Assembly (NCBI GenBank): GCA_024278595.1
Contig: JAJRSW010000099.1
Coordinates: 5,573 to 69,572 of the forward strand
Source: Fidelibacterota bacterium
GTDB taxonomy: Bacteria; Fidelibacterota; UBA8477; JABMPR01
Direction: 5' to 3'
Length of the DNA stretch: 64,000 nucleotides
The notes beneath the pieces were generated by a model. That model was not told where the DNA came from and searched no databases. It saw only the letters and a list, made by a program, of their open reading frames with translations. Below are positions 50,182 through 59,624 of the stretch, one piece after another; within the stretch, counting starts at the first letter, position 1, and each line of letters starts with the position of its first letter. Position numbers and translations under genes: made by a program.

Positions 50182-51579
50182 TTAGCTGGTCTTCGAAGGC
50201 TTGGCTGAGCATACAAACCATGCAGCAAATATCTTCAGCAAGTACTGGATCGTAACTATGGTAGCTCCCCGTGACAGTTTAAGGGTCTCCCAAACACCAT
50301 ATCTGGTCAGCATGCGATAAATACTGGATCCCCGCATGGTGATCTTATAATACAGTTTGACGATATTCCAATAATAGTTATGGGGTGTAAGTTTAGAGGG
50401 CTTTAGCACCAAATGAGCCAGGTCCCATTCTTCATAATTATCACGTTCCACAATCAAACTATCAACATAAGTTTCGAATATCTCAGTTCCCGGTAGTGGG
50501 GTGAGCGGCTGTAAATTAACAAAGATCAGGTCCAATTTCCGGATCCAGGCATAGAGCTTTTGGAAATCTTCGCCAGACCAATCAGGAGAGAGGATGAATG
50601 TACCATAACAATCAATCCCGTTCTCAGCCAAAATACGCACGGCCCTTTCACTGGTTTCCAAACTGGTCTTCTTGACGTAACTATCTAATTCATCCTGATC
50701 CCAGGACTCCAGTCCAACGATTACAGCCCGCAAACCAAGTGCTTTAAAACGGGTCATTACATCGGGATTGGTGGCAATAAAATCGGCCCGACCATAGATT
50801 AAAAATTGTTTTTGAATGTTGCCCAGCTCTAGTTTGTCACAAAACTCCAGGACACGCTCTCGACTTACCAGAAAGTTGTCATCCACAATATAGATCTCTG
50901 GTTCTGAAATTCCGGCAATTTCCTGGATCACATCATCGATGGGTCTGGCAAAATACTGTTCATCGGTGATCTGAATGCAAAAGCAAAAGTTACATGAGTA
51001 GGGACAGCCATATGATGTTTTGATCAGGGCACAGGGGTTATGAAACATGTAGTAATAGCTGGAGCGGTAGCGTCTCGTCAATTCACGAGCTGGGAAATAG
51101 TCTGGAAAAGAGATCGATTTCGCTGGGACCACTTTCAGCTGCGGATTCCAGAGCCCCGGAATTTCTGTGGTACTTTGATCAGTGGAAAGGCGATCAACCA
51201 ACTGGGGGAATGATAGGTGGGCATCGGCGGCAATGATATAGTCGATATGTGGGTCTTCATAGTCAGCCGGTTGAACTTCTGCATGAACCCCTCCGACCAC
51301 GATAGCACAGTCCGGCCTTATTGACTTGATTCGCCGGGCGTATTCCTTGATCAAATTGACATGGGTGATGTATCCTGTCAAGCCCACCAGGTCAGGGGTA
51401 TGTTTTTGAATAAAGTGTGCCAGAGTCTTCCGCTCCAGGATCAGGTCGATAATAATAACCTGGTGCTGTTTCGCGACGGAGGCGGCCATATATTCCAATT
51501 CAAGTGGTTCACAAACCATGACGTATTTTAGTCCGACTGTATTGGTCGGAGGTTTCGGGCGTACCAGCAGAATTTTCAT
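50182..51579 (-). CDS. B12-binding radical SAM protein 2
   Basis: LLVRP..EPLELE, GGVHAE, GCPYSCNFC, VDDNF, VGLES, TPLPGT. Confidence 0.92.
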   Translation of the reverse strand: MKILLVRPKPPTNTVGLKYVMVCEPLELEYMAASVAKQHQVIIIDLILERKTLAHFIQKHTPDLVGLTGYITHVNLIKEYARRIKSIRPDCAIVVGGVHAEVQPADYEDPHIDYIIAADAHLSFPQLVDRLSTDQSTTEIPGLWNPQLKVVPAKSISFPDYFPARELTRRYRSSYYYMFHNPCALIKTSYGCPYSCNFCFCIQITDEQYFARPIDDVIQEIAGISEPEIYIVDDNFLVSRERVLEFCDKLELGNIQKQFLIYGRADFIATNPDVMTRFKALGLRAVIVGLESWDQDELDSYVKKTSLETSERAVRILAENGIDCYGTFILSPDWSGEDFQKLYAWIRKLDLIFVNLQPLTPLPGTEIFETYVDSLIVERDNYEEWDLAHLVLKPSKLTPHNYYWNIVKLYYKITMRGSSIYRMLTRYGVWETLKLSRGATIVTIQYLLKIFAAWFVCSAKPSKTS

Positions 51580-52211
51580 TGGTCAGATCCTGGCACCGTG
51601 GCGATCAAAAAGAAAATGGTAGGGACGAACCAAGCGGTTTTGACTGTAGAGATGCTCACATCCGGCATGAACTGATCTACCATAGCTCTCATTTCCTGGA
51701 TTGAAGGGTAGTGCGCTGAACCAGTCGTTATTTTGATCATCAATAAGCATAGTTGGTCATATAGATTATTTGCAGATGCATTTGCGACCAGCAGTGTGCC
51801 ACCAGGTTTCAGCTGATCTACCATCCTGCGGAGCGCTGTTGCCTGATCTTCATAATAGGGCAGAGTGTGACTGGCGATGATGAGATCATAGCGTTCTGTC
51901 ACCGAAAAATCCAGCACATCACTATGAATAAAATTTATATCAGGGTTTTCCTGGCGCGCTATCTTTAACATACCCCTGGAGTAATCCACGCCAGTCAGAT
52001 GCATGGATTGATTGTGAAAAATAACTCCTAGTTCCTGGAGTAATTGACCTGTACCACAGCCCATATCCAGGATGTTCAGCTCAGCTTTGGTTTTGGGCAT
52101 GGTCTGAATATAATTAATGATCATTTCCCGGGTGGGACCAAGGGACCACTTTTGGACCCAGAGTCGATTGTAGAATTTCGCCCAATAATCCCATAATATC
52201 CTGCTACTCAA
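51576..52211 (-). CDS. Class I SAM-dependent methyltransferase
   Basis: ILDMGCGTG, GVDYS..ML, YDLI, LKPGG. Confidence 0.92.
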   Translation of the reverse strand: MSSRILWDYWAKFYNRLWVQKWSLGPTREMIINYIQTMPKTKAELNILDMGCGTGQLLQELGVIFHNQSMHLTGVDYSRGMLKIARQENPDINFIHSDVLDFSVTERYDLIIASHTLPYYEDQATALRRMVDQLKPGGTLLVANASANNLYDQLCLLMIKITTGSAHYPSIQEMRAMVDQFMPDVSISTVKTAWFVPTIFFLIATVPGSDQ

Positions 52212-52215
52212 AAGG

Positions 52216-53514
52216 CTAATTCCTGCCCAGTATTGATTGTAACAAAAAATGTCTCAGCCTGCTGTTATTAAATATTAATTGGAGGTAGAGCCGATAGAAT
52301 TGTAAATAAAAATTGAGGGTCCCCAGATTGGTTGGTTTGAGTACCAGATGCAGCATATCCCAATGCTTGCGGTTTTTGGTTAACAGGGATCGGGAATAGT
52401 CATCATATATTTTTGTACCTGGGAAGGGGGTGAAGATGGAGCTGGTAAAGAGCTCCAATTCATTCTTTCGGATCCAATTGCCTAAGGTCTTGAAGGTATT
52501 ACTTGTGGACTCAAGCGGCGCAATGAACAAAGCCGTACATTGGATACCAGCTTCCCGTAAAACTGTGGCACAGCGTTCATTTTGTTGGCTCGAAACGTTC
52601 TTTTCATAAGCCTGAAGGTCAGCATCAGCAAGGGTTTCAAATCCGATGATGATATCTATGACACCAACTGATCTCAATTCAGCAATGAGTTGGGGCTGTT
52701 GCGCAACAAAATCAGCGCGCCCATAAATTATATACCGCTTTTTGAGTGCTTCACTACGGTTCAGTTTGACAAAATCTTCAACCCGCTTTTCATCGATCAA
52801 AAAATCATCATCAACTATCCAGATCAGATCATGTTGGATGGATTTTATCTCATGGATAACTGCTTCCATGGGGCGGGCTGTGTATTTCCCATCATTTAAA
52901 AGACGGCAATAACAGAAATTACAGGAAAAGGGACAGCCCGCTGCAGATTTAACCAGAGCTGCTGAGCCATAATAGTGATAATGAAATTTTCGGCGATGTT
53001 TATAAAAATGAGATCGGTCAGGGAGGACGGTATCCTGAATAGCTGGTTGGAACCTTGGATTCATCTTCCAGTTGTCCCTTTCACGGTAGGTGATGCCGGG
53101 CAGCTTAGCCAGGTTTTTAAATTGATGTTGAATGAGTCCACGAAAGGTTGAATGGCCTCCTGAAAGTACAATGATATCAATATGAGCCGTTTGAAATTCC
53201 CTGAAATTGATCTCTGCATGGACACCACCCACCAGGACAGTGATATTGGAATTGAACTTTTTTATTATTTCTGCATAGCTGAGGATCCGGTCCTGGATGG
53301 AAATGTAGCCCGTGAGGGCAACCACACTCGGTTGATAGCTCCTGAGCGTTTTAATAAGCGAGCTTCTGTCAATGACCTCGTCATGGATTTTTGTCTCGAT
53401 CTTTTCAGCTCCGGCAATCGCTGCCAGATATTCAAGATCCAGGGGCTCGGTCCGGATCGGATTAGCCAGAGAAAAAAGACTGCTATACCTGGGGCGGACC
53501 AACAGGATTCTCAT
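52216..53514 (-). CDS. B12-binding radical SAM protein 1
   Basis: LLVRP..EPLDLE, GGVHAE, GCPFSCNFC, VDDDF, IGFE, TPFPGT. Confidence 0.92.
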   Translation of the reverse strand: MRILLVRPRYSSLFSLANPIRTEPLDLEYLAAIAGAEKIETKIHDEVIDRSSLIKTLRSYQPSVVALTGYISIQDRILSYAEIIKKFNSNITVLVGGVHAEINFREFQTAHIDIIVLSGGHSTFRGLIQHQFKNLAKLPGITYRERDNWKMNPRFQPAIQDTVLPDRSHFYKHRRKFHYHYYGSAALVKSAAGCPFSCNFCYCRLLNDGKYTARPMEAVIHEIKSIQHDLIWIVDDDFLIDEKRVEDFVKLNRSEALKKRYIIYGRADFVAQQPQLIAELRSVGVIDIIIGFETLADADLQAYEKNVSSQQNERCATVLREAGIQCTALFIAPLESTSNTFKTLGNWIRKNELELFTSSIFTPFPGTKIYDDYSRSLLTKNRKHWDMLHLVLKPTNLGTLNFYLQFYRLYLQLIFNNSRLRHFLLQSILGRN

Positions 53515-54476
53515 GTATTCCCATTCCTAAAGACATTAAACGAGGTGGTGGGCATTTTGTATGATACCAGGGGCATTGCGATCTGAATCAGTTTATTTAG
53601 CATTTTGTTGGCGTGGTGAACGTGAATAAATTTCTCTTCCATCTGGCAGCCCAGTTTTAACTTTATTGCTTCACCTGTCTGCCCCAGGTCAACAATATCA
53701 CAGCCGCCTGAGATGCCCTTCCTGATGATCCAAAGTAGTATGTTAAGATAAATATCATATTGCTTGAGTCTGGTATATTTAATACCAGTGAACATAAAGA
53801 TCAAGCGCTTTGAATCCTGATATAATTGGATGAACCCCAGCAGGTCACCTGCGATCTGAAAGCGATAAATATCAGCTGGAAATTGGCGAAAAAACTCGAT
53901 TGATAATTTTTCAAGCTTATAATCCGATCTTCCATGAACATCTAAATAGAGTTGATACATGTCACCTGAGAAATCTTGATTGTCAGTCAGGTGGGTAATT
54001 TCCACACGTTGCCATTTCTCCAGGGCTTTGGTCATACGGTAGCGATAGTGACTCCTTAATCGGGTGAGATATGCATCGAATGTGTCCCAATGGATCTGCA
54101 GGATACAACTTGGGAGCGTATGGCCACTGGAAAATCCGGTGATTTGTTGCTCTGAACTATTCAGGATGATCTTGAGCCCTCTATGAGCCAAAAGATTTTC
54201 TTTTATACTTTGGGTCAGTGTGGGATGGTATCCGCAAAAAGCCAGTGAGCAGGGGATACCTACTATCCTGGTGGGGTATTTCAGGCTTAGACCAAGATAG
54301 GTGAACAAGTTCAGGTGTATTTTATATGAGACCGCTACACATGGTTCTTGGGGATCATTGGAGAAAAAGTAACGTTGGTTACAAAAATTGGTTTCCTCAA
54401 GTATCTCCAGAGAGTCCTTTTTTAAAAAGGGGTTAGCTGAATTCACTGGAAAAGAAAAATCTGGAATTCCCCTCAC
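53511..54476 (-). CDS. GNAT-fold (FemAB/Acetyltransf_6-like) protein
   Basis: WDTFDAYL..LRSHYR, Y.LY..V, F.GI.Y, DLGQT...KLKLG. Confidence 0.75.
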   Translation of the reverse strand: MRGIPDFSFPVNSANPFLKKDSLEILEETNFCNQRYFFSNDPQEPCVAVSYKIHLNLFTYLGLSLKYPTRIVGIPCSLAFCGYHPTLTQSIKENLLAHRGLKIILNSSEQQITGFSSGHTLPSCILQIHWDTFDAYLTRLRSHYRYRMTKALEKWQRVEITHLTDNQDFSGDMYQLYLDVHGRSDYKLEKLSIEFFRQFPADIYRFQIAGDLLGFIQLYQDSKRLIFMFTGIKYTRLKQYDIYLNILLWIIRKGISGGCDIVDLGQTGEAIKLKLGCQMEEKFIHVHHANKMLNKLIQIAMPLVSYKMPTTSFNVFRNGNT

Positions 54477-54507
54477 ATTTAATACTGATCGTAGTGTGAT
54501 GGCTAGC

Positions 54508-55587
54508 TCAGATATTAACTGAATAAACTTTATAAGATTTTAACGGCTTGATCTTATCCTGTGACCACTTGTTGATCATTCCCTTTGAACTGATGTTCGT
54601 ATCCACAACCCACCCGGTTTCGCAGGTTTCAAACTTGTTTTTAGTCTCTTTGTAGCAGGCTGCCATCAGATTGATCCCGATACCTGATCGTTGGTATTCA
54701 GGTAATACTGCAACCTGTGCCCCCCGGAAAGATCGTACTGAAGCGCTGGAGAACTTGTTCTTTAAATAGGCTATAAGTCCAATTCTCCCTCCGGCTGGGA
54801 TCAATTCATTGAAATCTGGATACCAGAGTAAATAACCGACTGGTTTTCCAGCTATCTCAGCTATTAATAGATTTTCCGGTCTTAAAATGGGTTTAAACAT
54901 CTCTAACATTTCATAGTCTTCGGCGACTTGGCGGTGAAAATAAAAGGGATGTTTGGCAAAAGCTGCATTGCTCAGTGAATTATAGATTACAGACTCTGAG
55001 GCCAAATTGGAGAGGTCAATATAGCGAATATTAAGTCCTGCAGATTTTTCCGGAAGTTTTAGGGAGCTAAACTCTTTTGCAAATTGCCCCATTCCTTTTT
55101 GATAGGTGTCCAGCTCGGAGAAATTGGTGGCATGAGCAGAAAGGAGGGTGTCATAATAGCCTGGATTCCAGGCATTTCCGAAGCTCATGGGTAGGTCAAA
55201 GCCGCGAGAAAGAATGCCAAGGCCGTAATTGGGGTGGCCGTTAATGCCAAAGACAATTTGCTTAGCTCCCCGTTCTTTTCCGGCTCGTGAAGCTTCTTCA
55301 ATGATTATAGGGACGGTACCAGGGTTGTTCAGGGATTCAAAAAATGCCACCATGATCATATCAGGGGCTTGATCTGACCAGATAAGGGTTGCCACAGCCT
55401 GGGGAATCTCATCAATAATAAGAAGGGGTTGAATGTATTTATCTTTCGAAAAGGCAGATTTACCAGTTAGGATACCTCTCATGGTGGGGACCATGGAAGC
55501 CCGATAATATGGATTACCCTGATAGAGGTCTTTTATAAATTTGAAATACTGATTCAGATTACTGGTGGAACATTGAACTATTTGCAC
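54508..55587 (-). CDS. YghO / bacterial ceramide-synthase-like GNAT N-acyltransferase
   Basis: F...LY.GNPY, AFFES, GINGH.NYGLGIL..GFD.P.SFG..WNP.YY, PDFNELI, VLPEYQRSG, ETGWV.DTN, YKVY; GTG at 55587 after AAGGG preferred over TTG at 55701. Confidence 0.7.
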   Translation of the reverse strand: MQIVQCSTSNLNQYFKFIKDLYQGNPYYRASMVPTMRGILTGKSAFSKDKYIQPLLIIDEIPQAVATLIWSDQAPDMIMVAFFESLNNPGTVPIIIEEASRAGKERGAKQIVFGINGHPNYGLGILSRGFDLPMSFGNAWNPGYYDTLLSAHATNFSELDTYQKGMGQFAKEFSSLKLPEKSAGLNIRYIDLSNLASESVIYNSLSNAAFAKHPFYFHRQVAEDYEMLEMFKPILRPENLLIAEIAGKPVGYLLWYPDFNELIPAGGRIGLIAYLKNKFSSASVRSFRGAQVAVLPEYQRSGIGINLMAACYKETKNKFETCETGWVVDTNISSKGMINKWSQDKIKPLKSYKVYSVNI

Positions 55588-55702
55588 AGTATCGTTTCCC
55601 TTTAAATATTTTAGACCGGTTGAAGAAACAATCCAAGGGAAAAAACTAACTCTGCAGTAATATTTTAGAATTTTCCACAGCGTGGCAATTAATCGAGACA
55701 AC

Positions 55703-55882
55703 TAACCTGAATAATTCATAGCCACTAAGTCACGAAGCCACCAAGTTTTAAAAAATATATGCTTATCAAAAATTATCACTCACAGATGCAAATAATTCTG
55801 TTTAAAATGACCTTGTTCATAACTTTAATAATCTTCGTGGCTTAGTGTCCTCGTGGTAATAATTCATGAATAATGCAGGTTA
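55703..55882 (+). mobile_element. MITE family A, copy 3 (180 bp)
   Basis: TAACCTGAATAATTCA ... TGAATAATGCAGGTTA; homologous to copies at 25488 and 36038. Confidence 0.85.
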
Positions 55883-56214
55883 GATACCATGACAGGCTCG
55901 CCTTGTCAGAATTTTAAATTCCGGTGCCGAATGTTAGGAAGGATAAAGTGTATTTAACCGATTATCCCATAACTAACAATCACATTATATTACAATCGTG
56001 GTTGCCCTCCCTCATGAAGTATGCGGCTTACGTGCAAGAACCCTCTGGACCGGCACGAATCGTAAAAGTCCCGCCAGTGTTTCTTTTGCGAACCAGTGTT
56101 AGTGAACTACTTTTAACGCGCACTTTAAACTGACAGACTTATGCTACTACAAACGGCCATTTTTAAAAAACCGGCGCTTGATCAGCATCAATTGGAAACC
56201 CAAGAGGATCTTAG

Positions 56215-56988
56215 ATGGAGTCGATACTCGCAAGCTACATGGCCAGGTTGGAGGCCTGGAGACTAGACCACTTCAAAGCTGAATTTCTGGTGGAAGACCA
56301 CCCTGATCTGAGCCAGAAATTTCATCCTTCAGGAGCAGCCAAACCGTTTCATGGCCTGACAGTGGTGACCTTTATTGATCCCGAATCGATGCTATACCAG
56401 GCACTCTGTGATTATCAAAACCGGATCAGAACCGCACTGAAACAAGCTGGATTAGAAGCTATATTTAGCTTTCTTGACCCAAAATCATTTCATATGACCC
56501 TATGTGATATCGTGGCCGGACCTGACCCAGTTCCAACTCAGCAGACAGCTAGGATTCTCCAAGCCGCCGGTAGGTGTTTTCCCAGTATAGGAAAAATTCC
56601 TGATCTATCCGGCACCCTGTCTGGTTTGGGCGTGGATGCTAGTCTGCTGCTCCTGGTTCAGTTTGAGGAGACCGCCCTGAAGGCTTGTCTGGATATTGAA
56701 CACCTGCTCAAGGAAGGTCTGGGGGTGGATGAAAGATCATTCTTAGGGCATGTCAGTCTGGCTTATTTTGTCCAGGTACCCGGATCGGTTCTCCAGCAGA
56801 TAAAGTGTGTATTGGACCCATTTAAGGGAGAATCATTAGGTCAATTTCCAATCACAAAAATTGATCTTTGCTATTTTCGGGACATGCATAGCTATCAACC
56901 TCGCATGACATTTGATCTCCGCGATGGTAGTTTTGCCATCTCTCGCGACTATTTGAGCAGTCGATCTCAAAATAAGAAAGCACACTGA
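56215..56988 (+). CDS. 2H phosphoesterase superfamily protein (DUF1868-like)
   Basis: KF...G...PF.G.TV; two HxT/S motifs (SFHMTL, GHVSLAY). Confidence 0.75.
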   Translation: MESILASYMARLEAWRLDHFKAEFLVEDHPDLSQKFHPSGAAKPFHGLTVVTFIDPESMLYQALCDYQNRIRTALKQAGLEAIFSFLDPKSFHMTLCDIVAGPDPVPTQQTARILQAAGRCFPSIGKIPDLSGTLSGLGVDASLLLLVQFEETALKACLDIEHLLKEGLGVDERSFLGHVSLAYFVQVPGSVLQQIKCVLDPFKGESLGQFPITKIDLCYFRDMHSYQPRMTFDLRDGSFAISRDYLSSRSQNKKAH

Positions 56989-56994
56989 AAAGCC

Positions 56995-58554
56995 ATGAAT
57001 TCCTATTTAAAAATTGACCAGCCAACCCACTCTCTGGTTGTTGTGGATCTGAAAAACGACCGGATGGATGGCCAGATCGCCGCCTGTGGTCTCCAGGGCA
57101 TTATTAACCGTGATTCCACTGAAAAACTTTATATCACGAATACCTATTGTTTCGACAATTTAGGGGGTGGAAAAACTCAAATTCAAATTGCAGGGCGCTT
57201 GCTCGAGACCCTTTTCTCAGATATCCCCACTGAGCGACTCTCACCAGAGGCCAACAAGTGCTGGCCTGGTTTTCTCGCTGCGCTGAATCGTTTTCGAGGT
57301 GTTGTAAAGGGCTTGATCATCTGGGACCCGACCTTGGAAGGGGCTACAATTGAAGCTGCTACCACCCTGGCAGGACAGACCGATGGTTTGATCTGTTCAC
57401 CTGAACTTTCAGAAGCATTACAGGACTTTAAATTCCCACTCATCAAGGATTTTCGCGAAGAGGGTTTTGAAAATAATATTGAATGTCTGGACTGGCTGTT
57501 GGCTAATTGTTTTGAAAAATGTGCAACAGCCCTGGCCTTTACCTGGTCACATATGACAACCGACTCCACCAGTTGGGGGGCGGCGAATAAGGATTATGTA
57601 ATTGCCTCAGGCTTGTTTAGTTTTTATCTGGATATTACTGATGAGGTGGAGCGGGAAGCCTACAAATGTGTTTTGGAACGCTATCCTCCAGGTACACCCA
57701 TTCTGGGGTGGACGGATGAAAGGTGGGCCGATGCCCTTTTTGCCAAACTTGGTTATTTTATGGTTCCCTGTATTTCGGTGGAGAACCTGTCGGTTCATGC
57801 ATCTTTTCCCTCAGTCCACGGAACTCAAGCGGATCCCAAACCCGCTGAACTGGTTCCTAATGGAGTATATATTGCCATGCATGTGGCTGATGGTGATAAT
57901 CTCCTGCATAGTATGGTCTACGAACCTGACTGTATCATGCGCAGCAGGGCTTACGGAGAGATTCCCCTAACCTGGATCCTTAATCCTGGTTTGACGGATC
58001 TGGCTCCACGACTCTTCGATTGGTACTATGAGGGGCTGGGGAATCAGGAAATGGCAGCCATGCTCAGCGATGGTCATCCCTTTAGTGATCGCTATGCTGC
58101 CTTCCGGCAGTATTGCGATTTTTGCAGCTATTATCTCAAAAAAGCGGGCATGCTCACGCTAAAACAGATGGAAGAATCAGAGGCGGTTGCCTGGAATGTG
58201 CAGCCCTATGTCATGAACAGCGGGTATGCCGGCACCTGCCCAAAAGGGATCCGGGTTGATGATTACCACATGGATAATGAATGTTTTCACATTGGCAGCA
58301 TCAAGCATACTGATGCTGGAAGTATTCGCGAGCGGGTGAAAAATAATCCTGGAGAGGGTCCACTCTTTTATAATATTTTCTGTGGAACCGCCATTATTGA
58401 TCTCCCTCAATTGGTCAAGGATATTGCTGAAGACCTGTGGGCTGGACAGGCACAGGATGGTGTGCAGTATTTTTTTCTACGCAGTATGGATCTGGCGGCA
58501 ACCTATCGGGTTTATAAAGGGCTGCCAGTGAAACCCCGACCTGCCAAAGCATGA
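56995..58554 (+). CDS. GxGYxYP-family putative glycoside hydrolase (no signal peptide)
   Basis: LQGIINR, A.TLAG, DY, GW..E, NLSVH, DGDN, PLTW. Confidence 0.65.
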   Translation: MNSYLKIDQPTHSLVVVDLKNDRMDGQIAACGLQGIINRDSTEKLYITNTYCFDNLGGGKTQIQIAGRLLETLFSDIPTERLSPEANKCWPGFLAALNRFRGVVKGLIIWDPTLEGATIEAATTLAGQTDGLICSPELSEALQDFKFPLIKDFREEGFENNIECLDWLLANCFEKCATALAFTWSHMTTDSTSWGAANKDYVIASGLFSFYLDITDEVEREAYKCVLERYPPGTPILGWTDERWADALFAKLGYFMVPCISVENLSVHASFPSVHGTQADPKPAELVPNGVYIAMHVADGDNLLHSMVYEPDCIMRSRAYGEIPLTWILNPGLTDLAPRLFDWYYEGLGNQEMAAMLSDGHPFSDRYAAFRQYCDFCSYYLKKAGMLTLKQMEESEAVAWNVQPYVMNSGYAGTCPKGIRVDDYHMDNECFHIGSIKHTDAGSIRERVKNNPGEGPLFYNIFCGTAIIDLPQLVKDIAEDLWAGQAQDGVQYFFLRSMDLAATYRVYKGLPVKPRPAKA

Positions 58555-58693
58555 CCGGAGTTGTAGGGCCCGAGGCTGGGTTGACAGTTTGATCTCACAC
58601 AAATTGCCGTTGGATGGGTTTGAATTCGGGATCGATCTGCTGGTGCGAGCTGCCGATCAGGTTAATAAAGTAATGATTTATCCAGAGGACTAG

Positions 58694-59623
58694 ATGCTTG
58701 AGCTGAAAGATAAATGGGTCTGGGATTTCTGGTTTTGCCGGGAAGCTGATTCATATCACATTTTTTACCTGCAAGCTCCCAGATCTTTAGGTGATGAACG
58801 GCTCCGACACTTCAACGCCAGTATTGGTCATGCAAGCTCAACTGATTTGATCAACTGGAGCATCCTGCCAGATGCCATTGGTCCGGGAATAAAGGGTGAA
58901 TGGGATGATCTAGCTACGTGGACAGGTTGTACAATCCATAAGGATGGGGAGTGGTATCTTTTCTATACCGGAGTCAATCAGGCTGACAGTGGTCTCGTGC
59001 AAAGAATCGGTGTTGCAATTTCAAAAGATCTGATAAGCTGGAAGAAGTATGCCGGGAATCCTGTGATTGAAGCAGACCCCAGGTGGTACGAACTCCTGAA
59101 TTTGAATGCCTGGCATGATCAGGCCTGGCGGGATCCCTGGGTGTTTGAATACGATGGTCAGTTCCATGCTTTCATAACCGCTCGAGTTAAAGCTGGACCG
59201 ACTGATGGTCGAGGGGTCATAGCCCATGCGATTTCAAAGGACATCCTAGATTGGAATGTGCAGGCACCAGTAACTGAACCCGGAGATTTTGGACAGTTGG
59301 AGGTTCCCCAGTTGGTTGAGGTGGAGCGGAAACCCTGTCTGATCTTTAGCACTGATAAATTTTCACATTCAAGAGCTCTGCTTGAGCGGACCGGAAAACC
59401 ACCGATTACCGGGACAGCCTGTTACATGGGTGAAACACCGCTGGGTCCCTTTACCAGGCATGATGATCCCTGGCTGTTCGAAAATAGCGGTGGAACACTA
59501 TATAGCGGGAAGTTCATTGAAGCTACTGAGCTTGACTGGACCTTTATGGCCTTCGAAAATTACGCGGACAATGGTGAATTCATTGGCCGGATCACCAACC
59601 CTTTCACCATCAAATCTCCATAG
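58694..59623 (+). CDS. GH32/GH68-clan beta-fructofuranosidase-like hydrolase
   Basis: WVWDFW, WTG, WRDP, LEVPQ catalytic-triad motifs. Confidence 0.8.
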   Translation: MLELKDKWVWDFWFCREADSYHIFYLQAPRSLGDERLRHFNASIGHASSTDLINWSILPDAIGPGIKGEWDDLATWTGCTIHKDGEWYLFYTGVNQADSGLVQRIGVAISKDLISWKKYAGNPVIEADPRWYELLNLNAWHDQAWRDPWVFEYDGQFHAFITARVKAGPTDGRGVIAHAISKDILDWNVQAPVTEPGDFGQLEVPQLVEVERKPCLIFSTDKFSHSRALLERTGKPPITGTACYMGETPLGPFTRHDDPWLFENSGGTLYSGKFIEATELDWTFMAFENYADNGEFIGRITNPFTIKSP

Positions 59624-59624
59624 T

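Noticed and set aside
55588..55701. N-terminal extension of the YghO-like ORF from TTG 55701
   Set aside because: No SD, abuts the MITE, and family similarity begins at the GTG at 55587.
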